DNA of 40,452 nucleotides from Macrostomum lignano (Eukaryota): assembly GCA_002269645.1 (NCBI GenBank), contig NIVC01004615.1, forward strand, positions 1 to 40,452, in the 5' to 3' direction. The position numbers were made by a program, and so were the translations under genes. The notes beneath the pieces are model-generated. The model saw only the letters and a program-made list of their open reading frames with translations, ran no database searches and was not told the origin of the DNA. The first letter of the stretch is position 1. Each line of letters begins with the position of its first letter. Positions 10,239 to 24,403 of this stretch are shown here, one piece after another.

Positions 10239-11613
10239 ATGCCTACCAAAAAGGGCACTCTAGGAAGGATATCAGAAGCTGCTAGAAGGCTTAGACAGGC
10301 AAGAGATAACAAATTAGAAGAAGCAAGAGAGTAGCGGCAAGCTGTTAACAGAGCTCAAAGGTCAGCTGCTCAAAATGAAGAAACAATAACACAGAGAAAA
10401 CAAAGACAGGCTGCTAACAGAGCTTAAACATCAGCTGCTCAAAATGAAGAAACAATAGTGTAGAGAGAACAAATACTAGCTACTAACAGAGCTCAAATGT
10501 CACAGAGATGTTCCGAAATTTCGATTTCAATTTTCCGAAATTCGGATTTTTTAAGACCAAATTTTGATTTTGAAAAAATTTCGGAAGTCAAAATTTCAGA
10601 AGTGCCTACTTCCGAAATTTTTATTTGATTTTAGTTTTTTTAGAACTTCGTTACTGTCTTTTATCGGTGATATTATTACGATTTTTACATGTAAAACTAT
10701 TTGAATTTGTTAAAACTGTTCTATGCATGTAGTACATGTAAGATGTAGTTTGTGGAACTGTAAATTTTCGTAAATTTTGTTGCACTTTAAAGCTGCAAAA
10801 GCGTCTGCTGATATATTGCATATTTTTCGCATATTACAGTATATATATGTACATTTACCATACATGTACATGCACTATCGTTTACACGATCTCAGTTATT
10901 GCTAGTCATGCAGTAATACATGTACATTTTAACTGTAAATTTTATACATGTACAACTCAGTATATGTAGTTTTCGCGTAGAAAAAGATTTTTGCATTTTA
11001 AAGTGGCAATGAGGGATTCTACTTATTTAGTGGCTGAAAAAAATGAACTTCTGCTAAACATACATGTATTTTGTTTTGTATGAGCAGTAAATCGAAAGTA
11101 GAAAAGTGAGTGTCGGTTGTACTAAACTTTGTTTTTCTGAATTTCGATTTCGGAAAATTTCGATTTCAATTTCGGAAAGTAGCGAATTTCAATTTTGATT
11201 TCGATTTTGACAGAAAATTCGCTTTCAGAACATCTCTAAAATGTCAGCTGCTTGAAATGAAGAAACAATAGCACAGAGAGAACAAAGAATAGCTGCCAAC
11301 AGAGCTCAAATGCAAGAAGGATCTGCTTGGCGATCTGTTGGCTAAGGAACAGAATAAGAGACAGACATTGAAGTGACAACTGAACAATGTCGAGGAGGAA
11401 AACAGGACACTAAAGAAACAACTTACAGAAAAACAGACTGACCTTGAAAAACTGCATGAGGAATTCAACAACAGCCTTCTAAATTCAATAGACTTGAGTG
11501 GCATAAACAGCAACAAAGACTTGAGCAATGGCAGTGGCAAAAAAGAGGCAAGTCAGCACACAGAAGAAGTGGATGCATTGGAGAAGCCAAGTCAGGATTT
11601 AGAAAACAATTAA
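10239..11613 (+). pseudogene. Decayed ORF with about four 69-bp (23-aa) STPR-like repeats and a coiled-coil tail, split by a hAT MITE. Possibly a Helitron N-terminal relic.
   Basis: From ATG 10239 it reads MPTKKGTLGRISEAARRLRQAR..., then the repeat NEETIAQREQRxAANRAQxSAAx with a 69-bp period (10347, 10416, 10485). It resumes after the MITE at 11247. Stops are at 10332, 10425, 10461 and 11253. Confidence 0.5.
10503..11238. mobile_element. Non-autonomous hAT MITE, 736 bp
   Basis: TIRs are CAGAGATGTTCCGAAA and TAGAGATGTTCTGAAA (14/16). There is a perfect 8-bp TSD AAATGTCA at 10495-10502 and 11239-11246, and TTCCGAAA/TTTCGATTT subterminal motifs at both ends. Confidence 0.93.
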
Positions 11614-12506
11614 CATGACTACATAACACCTACAAATATATAATGCTATTTGTATCTGTTATGTCATTCAATTAAATAAATATTATTAAACCTAGAAATA
11701 AACTCATTGATAGTTAAAATGCTCAGTCAAACTCTGTCAGTAATAGAGTTTGTTCCGTTTGATAGTAATAGAGCCTATACTTGAAAAAAAACAGTATTAA
11801 ATAAACATTCATAGTGTGAAATGTAAAAAATCCTATTTATTCTAACTTAAGCTCTGTTGTCTGTATGTATTTATATATGTAAAAGTATGTATTTACATAT
11901 GCCCTACTACTTGCAAATTTTAACACAAAATGCACATTCTACTTATCCCAAACAATGATTTATTGCTCTGCAAATTGTTTACACCTTTACCCTACATCCT
12001 ATTCTATGCAATTCCAATTCATATTTATGACCCTATTCCTCCACATTACACATCACTATTACTCCGCATATGCTAAGCCTATTCCCATTAAAACAGGATG
12101 TCAAGCCCCATATACTTATTTATATATAAATATGATCTATTAAACAGACACCTGACATTATCAAAAGCAAAATTTTAAACTATCAGAAACAAATTTTATG
12201 AAACTCTGTGTGTCTGTCTGTATATTCACTATGGACTCCCAAATGGTAAGTCGTAGAAAGATGGGACTTGGATTAATAGACTCAAAATTTTCTAGGAAGT
12301 GCATTAGGCTAATAAATTTAACTATTTAAAATGAATGCTATTTAAGGCATGGAATCAGATACTATATATCTCATTTCTCTGAGAATGTTAGGTGTAAAGA
12401 TATGCAATTTTAAATTTTGAAATCATCCTGGCATGGAAAGTTAGTTTTAAAATATTTCTATCTCAAAATCAATTCTGCATGTTTTATAATTACTGCTCAC
12501 TCCCAT

Positions 12507-12935
12507 TATCCCTTTTTTTCTCCCCATTCCTCTCCCCCCTATCTTCCCTTCCCCTCTCTCCCTGCTTCCCCTCCACTCCTGCTTCCCCTCCTCTCCCCAC
12601 TTTCCCTCCTCTTCCACCTCTTTCTCTCCTCTTTCTTCAATCCCTCTTCTCCTCTCTTATCTTCAGCAAAAATGTTTGCAAATTTTCTTACCTTACAGGA
12701 GAGGGAATAGAAGATTAGAGATAAGCAAACAGAGAAGAGGCAAAATGAGAGAAAAAATGGAAGAAGAGAGAAGAGCTAAGTAAGAGGAGTTGAGAGAGAT
12801 AAGAGAGAAGAGGGAGAAGAGAGAGAATTGAGGAAATAAGAAAGAAGAGAGAGGAAAGGAGAAGGAAAAGAGTAGAAAGGAGAAGAGTGATAGAAAAGTA
12901 GAGATGAATGAGAAGAGTAAGGAAAGGAAAAACGT
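12507..12935. repeat. Low-complexity polypyrimidine tract followed by a polypurine tract
   Basis: Almost pure C/T at ~12507-12665 and almost pure G/A at ~12695-12935. Confidence 0.85.
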
Positions 12936-13415
12936 TTTAAAGGCCTCAAATCTTAATTTAATTCACATTTACTCCAATTTTTGTTTACCTCTATCCCCAC
13001 TACTTATAAATATTTGTTTGAGTATGACTTTAGATTTAAGAATGCATGAAAAAACTGTTCCAGGGATCAGAATTCAATGGGTTCAAAATCTATGGGTTTC
13101 AACAGCTTGTTTACATATAAATGTAAAGTGTAACAATGGAAAAAAGTCTTTTTCTTGCAGCGCAAAAGTTGTCATATAATTTTAATATTTGGGCATACAT
13201 GACAATCACATTTCTAATTTTTGGTGTACTTAGTATATAGGGACTATACAGGGATATATGTATATAGGGACTTTTTCCTGAATTTAATTCTGGTATGCAC
13301 ATGCCACTTTCCTGACTATGGCTTGCAACTAATATATTTGAGTCAATTTTGACCCTATTGCAATTAACAATTTTTTGTATAGTTATATTATAGTATATAC
13401 TATATTATATACTAT

Positions 13416-15395
13416 TGATGAGGATGCACTTTTTCCCAAATCCCGCGCTAGCACATGGGCTCTAAATTTACTAGCCTACTAACAGTGGGCGATGGGCATT
13501 TTTATCCTTTTTCTGCAAATTGTCATAGAATCTATACTAGATATAATGTCTGGCCATACTAGTAGTCATAATAACATAGGTGTAACTTTTTGGGTCTTAA
13601 TCATCGCTTTCAAAGCTGGTCTGACAGCCACCTGCGCCTCACTCAGTGTTGAGGCGGGCGCCAGATGGTCTGAGAGGATGCGGGCGGTAGCTTTTTTCTC
13701 ATCATTTTGACAGGCCATCAAGATTTATGAGGTCAAAGCCTATTGTTCGTGTTTACTCAAGCATGTGACAGCTTTGACAGCTATGTGTTTTACCCGTAAA
13801 AGTACTCTGGGATTAGCGATTTCTCTTCGTTATCTTCACTTTCTATTTAATTAGAGCTTTCTAATGTATATTTTTTCATTAATTTCTGTCAATCCTATGC
13901 GAAAAGTCATAAATCATTTTGTTGCGATTTTGAGTGATTTATGGCCGCACCTGTCATCTTTTTACGACCCTGTGGGAACTGATAAGATCTCTTGGTCACG
14001 TGATTCTGGGTAGCAACAAGCTTAGCCAATCAGAAAATTTGGCGCTCATTTTAACAAAACGGCTTAGCCAATCAGAATCAATGTGTTCCATTATAACAAA
14101 CTGCGGTCCAGTTGGCGGCTATTTAAACCGGAGTTTTTGGCCCGCTCGGACACAACTCTTGCTTGGGTCCAGCACGCAACTTCTGGTTCCTGGAGCGCGA
14201 CCGTCGTTTCTTGATCCCCGGATTGCAACTTCCCCCCATCATCATCAAGGACGAATCCCCCGGTTGTCAGCAGCGAACATCAAGCGAAGATCATCACCTG
14301 CTAGCTATTAGCGAAGATTGTATCAGCATCATCCCGAGTCTACAGCTACAGAGCATCAAGCCGATTCGGTCACTGTGGATTACCTGGTCTCCGGCTGTTG
14401 AGTTTCTGATTGGTTGGGTGAGAGGCTACCTAGACTTGCTTGATTGGGTGATCCCCTATCTGTCCCCTGTTTCAGTAGCTGAATTAGGCGCACACTTTTG
14501 CTCATTTTGTTCAGTAGTGCTGTTACTGAGGCAGAAATCACTTAATAATACTGCTAGTAGTCTAAACTCCAATTCGATCTGAGGTGTGAAGTGATTTAAG
14601 GAGAAGGCTAAATCTGACAGTTATTTTTATCGGTTTTAGTTCTTTGTTCGCCGATGGCTCAGATGAGTAGCTAAGCTAGTAGGCGCCGGTTACAGTGGAC
14701 CAATGGCAAGGCAGTTCTCAGTCGATCAATCTACCAAATCAGTGAGCAAAACTGCCAGAAGTGCAGAATCGGCGCCAGAGATGTACTTTGTGCATTCTAG
14801 GTTAGCCAAGCGGCTCGGGTAATGAATCATGCAGTCTCTGAAGTTCGAGTTAGTCTATCATCAGCGCTATGAGAGGCTAGTTGGCGCGTTGAAGGCCAAA
14901 AGTACATATCTTCGTATTTAGCAATGTAATAGTACATGTAGCTACCCCATAGACTTGCCACTGCAAGAATCCCCTGCACAAGTCCCCTCTGTACCTGCAT
15001 GGCCAATGCGATCTAGTCCTAGCAGTGTCCCTTATCATCGGCTATGACTTCGAGATTGACAGCAAAAAGACACTAGTTGGCAGGTAAGTGCAAAGCCCCT
15101 TCTAGTCGGAAGCCCGATTTCGAGAGTCCTGGTGTGGTGAGCCAGGATGCATGGGCTGGTGGCAGCGAGTTAGCTTAGTCTGCGGATTAGCTAATTTCTA
15201 CCTTCAAAATTCTCCCTGCTTGTCTCTCGCTGTCCCTCTCTTAGCTATAGGACCTAGACTGCTCGCCACACGATCAAGCTACCATGGGGCTGACCATCTG
15301 ACAGGAGTGGGGGGGCCAGGACTCTAATTGATTTATTTCTGAGGCCTGAGGCCCGAAGGTTCCCTAACAAGGGACCCGAAGGTCGAAACCCATCA
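13416..15395 (+). mobile_element. Solo LTR-like element, copy A (1,980 bp), Gypsy-type termini
   Basis: It begins TGATGAG and ends CCCATCA, with a 4-bp TSD CTAT (13412-13415, 15396-15399). It has no long ORF and is homologous along its length to copy B. Confidence 0.8.
13995..14127 (+). promoter_or_regulatory. Putative LTR U3 promoter, copy A
   Basis: E-box GTCACGTGA (13995-14003), CCAAT boxes (14026, 14068) and TATTTAAA (14120-14127). The CCAAT boxes and TATTTAAA are retained in copy B (TATTTAAA at 17614). Motif evidence only. Confidence 0.5.
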
Positions 15396-16311
15396 CTATA
15401 GCATAGTTAACTATACAGTATATAGTAGGCCTATAGTATAAATATAAAGCATAAAAATTTGCTAATTGCAATAGGGCCTAGGCCTAGTCATAATTGACTC
15501 AAATATAGGCTATAAGGTGCAAGACATCCAATTAGGTTCTTGATTTGAGCCATATTGGATTCATTTTCCACATTTATGTAAATTCTTTTAAACTCATAAC
15601 ATTTACATTACAAATTGCATGAGAAAATTAAGTTGTGTTCAATGGCCTAGAAAATAGAAAATAAGACAAGCTTTCCGATTCTATCAAGCAAGGTATTCTA
15701 CTTGGGTAATTCAATATAAAACTATGGGAGACACTTTCTCTTTATTGAATTGAAAGAAAAATATAGATTTTACAGTCACAAAAAGCATGAGCAGTGAGCT
15801 CCATCCAACTGACTCTTGTTGATTACATTTTTCATCAATCCCAGGTGCCAGGTCCAGGTTCAGGTTGTCATTTTGCAGCTGACAGTAAATGAACCTACAA
15901 AAATGAAAACACACTAGACTGTTAATAGATTTCTCTATCATAAATGATATGAGAGAAACACGGCCGTCATGATCTGATCATATCAGTAGTAATGTCTAAT
16001 GATCGAATAATAATTTTGTTATCACTTGACAAATCTTTTTCGACGCGTAATTCGACGAATTCTCGTTAAATCAGCAAATTAAACTTGCATTTTTTCTAGA
16101 AAGTTCTAACAGCTATAGGTATGGTAGTTTAAGTATTACTATTTTTTATAAAGTTTACGTTTCTGAATTTTACGAAAAACTTGTTTAACATTAAAGGCGT
16201 ATAAGTGTAAAGGATGTTAGTGTTCATATTTTATTATACTGTCACTTTCTAATTCCGGCTTTTTATCGATATTGACTTCAGAACAGAATCGGTTGGAAAA
16301 AGGAATATAAT

Positions 16312-16494
16312 CAGGGGCAGATGCGAATCCAAAAAAATTTTGAGAGGCGAGCAAGCTATACCAAGAAACTACAACCCAAAATTAGAAAATAGACTTTGCA
16401 TGGTTACAGGCCAAAAAGTATGCCGCGATTTTTTTGGCCGGCTGTGAGAGGGGGGTATAAATGGCCCCTTTTGCCCACTCCTGGATCTGCGCCG
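16312..16494. mobile_element. Small MITE with a 9-10 bp TSD (Mutator-like)
   Basis: Degenerate TIRs CAGGGGCAGATGC and CGGCGCAGATCC. Direct repeat GAATATAAT at 16303-16311 and 16495-16503. Confidence 0.7.
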
Positions 16495-16965
16495 GAATAT
16501 AATATTTTCTCTTCCCCAGTAAGTCTTATTCATTAAGAAAGGCGTTACGGTACTGGACCTATAATCCTCTGTGTGATGCCCACGAGTCCGATACTTGCTA
16601 CAACAGCAAAAGTTGAAGGAGAGCTAGAATCTGCGTTACGATGGGTGCTGCGTGATCTACTAAAGGTCACGGGTACTGATCCAGCAACGGGGGTTGCGTC
16701 TTCGATATCAGCATCTATTTGAGCAGCTTCGCAGCTGTCGGAACCAATTAAGGATTACCAATCTGATGAGGACGCACTTTTTTCCAAATTTCACACTCGC
16801 ACATGGGTTCCAAACTTGCTAGCCTACTAAGAGCAGGCTATGGGGCGTTTTTTCCCTCTTTTGTAATTTTTCAAGAATTCATACTAGTAGGACTTCTGTA
16901 GCTATATTAATCTGCCATACTTAGTTATAATAACATAGGTGCGGTTTTTGCTGCTTTTGGGTCAT

Positions 16966-17188
16966 CACTACACAAAAATTGTCAAAATTACGAAAAATTG
17001 GATGAAAAATTACGTAATAATTATGCATATATTGTAATTAATTGGAAGGCAATAAATTGCAATTGTGCCAATTTCTGCTCAATAAATTGTAATTTTTACA
17101 ACTCTTAAATCGCACAAAATTGTAATTTTGGTACTTAAGAAAAGCTACATGTAGCAATTTGTAGTTGCAATTCTGTTGCAATGAGATA
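16966..17188 (+). mobile_element. Probable end fragment of a second CACTA family inside LTR copy B
   Basis: It starts CACTACACAAAAATTG and is full of AATTGYAAT-like subterminal motifs. It is absent from copy A, and no matching right TIR is present. Confidence 0.5.
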
Positions 17189-18227
17189 CATCATTTTGAC
17201 AGGCCATCAAGATTTATGAGGTCAGGGCCTATTGTTCGTGTTCACTCAAGCGTGTGACAGCTTTGACAGCTATGCGTTTTACCCCTAAAAGTACGTTGGG
17301 ATTAGCGATTAGCGATTTCTCTTCAGTATCTTCACTTTCTACTTAATAAGAGCTTTCTAATGTATATTTTTTCATTCATTTTTGTCATTTCTACGCGAAA
17401 GGTCATAAATCATTAGGTAGAGATTTTGAGTGATTTATGACCGCACCTGTCGTATTTTTATGGCCCCGAGAGAACTGATAGGATGTTCTGGTCGTGAGTT
17501 TGGGTGGCAACAAGCTCAGCCAATTAGAAAATTCGACGTGCGTTATAACAAATCGGCTCAGCCAATCAGAATCGAGGTATTCCATTATAACAAATTGAGG
17601 TCCAGTTGGCGGCTATTTAAAACCGGAGTTTTTGGCCCGCTCGGACCCAACCTCGTGCCGCTCTCTGGAACCTCCTGCTCCGCCTCCTGGGACTTTGGCC
17701 TAACTTAGACCTCCCGGAGCTCGACCGTCATCTCTTGATCCCCGAATCGCGATTTCCCCCATCATCATCAAGGACGAATCCCCCGGTCGTCAGCAGCGAA
17801 CATCAAGATTAAGATCATCACCTGCTAGCTATCTGCGAAGATTGTGACATCAGCATCATCCCGGGTCTACAGCTGCAAAGCATCAAGCCGATTCGGTCAC
17901 TGTGGATTACCTGGTCTCCGGCTGTTGAGTTTCTGATTGGTTGGGTGAGAGGCTACCTAGACTTGCTTGATTGAGTGATTCCTTACCTGTCCCCTGTTTC
18001 AGTAGCTGGATTAGGCGCACACTTTTGCTCATTTTATTCAGCAGTGCTGTTATTGAGGCAGAAATCATTCAATAATACTGCTAGTAGTCCGAAACTCCAA
18101 TTCAATCTGAAGTGTGAAGTGATTTAAGGAGAAGGTTACTTACTTACTTACTACTGACGGGGGGCGCAGGCGCCGCGAATAGGCCGCGAGGCCCCTATCG
18201 CAACCCCAAGGTAAAAGAGCACAAGGA

Positions 18228-23314
<5,087 letters not shown>

Positions 23315-24403
23315 TTAGCCAGCAGCCAACTACTTAGCAGCCACCTGCCCCGCAAAAAAGCAGCAGGGGGGATCCGTCCCCCACCAGCAGACCAAGACGA
23401 GGAAGCTAGCCGCTTCCACGCCAGGCCAGAACGAAAAGGAGGGGGAAGAGCCTCCTCGAAAAACGAAAAGCTGGCGGATGTCACAGAGTCCCTCGGTTTA
23501 AGTTGCCGTTTGCCCCCCTAAGGAGAAGGTTAAATCTGACAGTTATTTTTATCGGTTTTATTTCCTTGTTCGCCGATGGCTCAGATGAGTAGCTAAGCTA
23601 GTAGGCGCCGGTTACAGTGGACCAATGGCAAGGCAGTTCTCAGTCGATCAATCTATCAAATCAGTGAGCAAAATTGCCAATAGTGCAAAATCGGCGCTAG
23701 AAATGTACTCTGTGCACTCTAGGTTTGCCAAGCGGCTCGGGTAATGAATCATGCGGTCTCTGATGTTCGAGTTAGTCTATCATCAGCGCTATGAGAGGCT
23801 AGTTGGCGCGTTGAAGGCCAAAAGTACAATTCCTCGTATTTAGCAATGTAATAGTACATGTAACTACCCCATAGTCTCGCCACTGCAAGAATCCCCTGCA
23901 CAAGTTCCCTCTGTACCTGCATGGCCAATGCGATCAAGTCCCAGCAGTGTCCCTTAACATCGGCTATGACTTCGAGATTGACAGCAAAAAGACACTAGTT
24001 GGCAGGTAAGTGCAAAGCCCCCTCTATTCAGAAGCCCGATTTCGAAAGTTCCGGTTTGGTGAGCCAGGACGCACGGGCTGGTGGCAGCGGGTTAGCTAAC
24101 CTGCGGGTTAGCTGATCTCTACCTTCAAAATTCTCCCTGCTCGTCTCTTGCTGTCCCTCTCTTAGCTATAGGACCTAGACTGCTCGCCACAAGATCAAGC
24201 TACCATGGGGCTGACCATCTGACAGGAGTGGGGGCCAGGACTCTAATTGATTTATTTCTGAGACCTGAGGCCCGAAGGCTTCCCGAAAGGGGCCGAAAAG
24301 GCCGAAACCCATCAAATCCAACCAATTAAGGTTTACCGTTTATTATAGTTTTATGAAATACATCTTCATGTAGAATATTGCAATTTGAATTGCCAATAAA
24401 ACA

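Noticed and set aside
15711-15941. Minus-strand ORF with an acceptor-like site and AATAAA
   Set aside because: There is no recognisable homology and no exon partner.
16560-16760. GC-richer island open on both strands for 50-65 codons
   Set aside because: No splice context or protein motif could be supported.
16763-16790. Hammerhead at the LTR B start (CTGATGA GGA...TCC AAA)
   Set aside because: It lacks the G of GAAA, the first C comes from the TSD, and it is not conserved in copy A.
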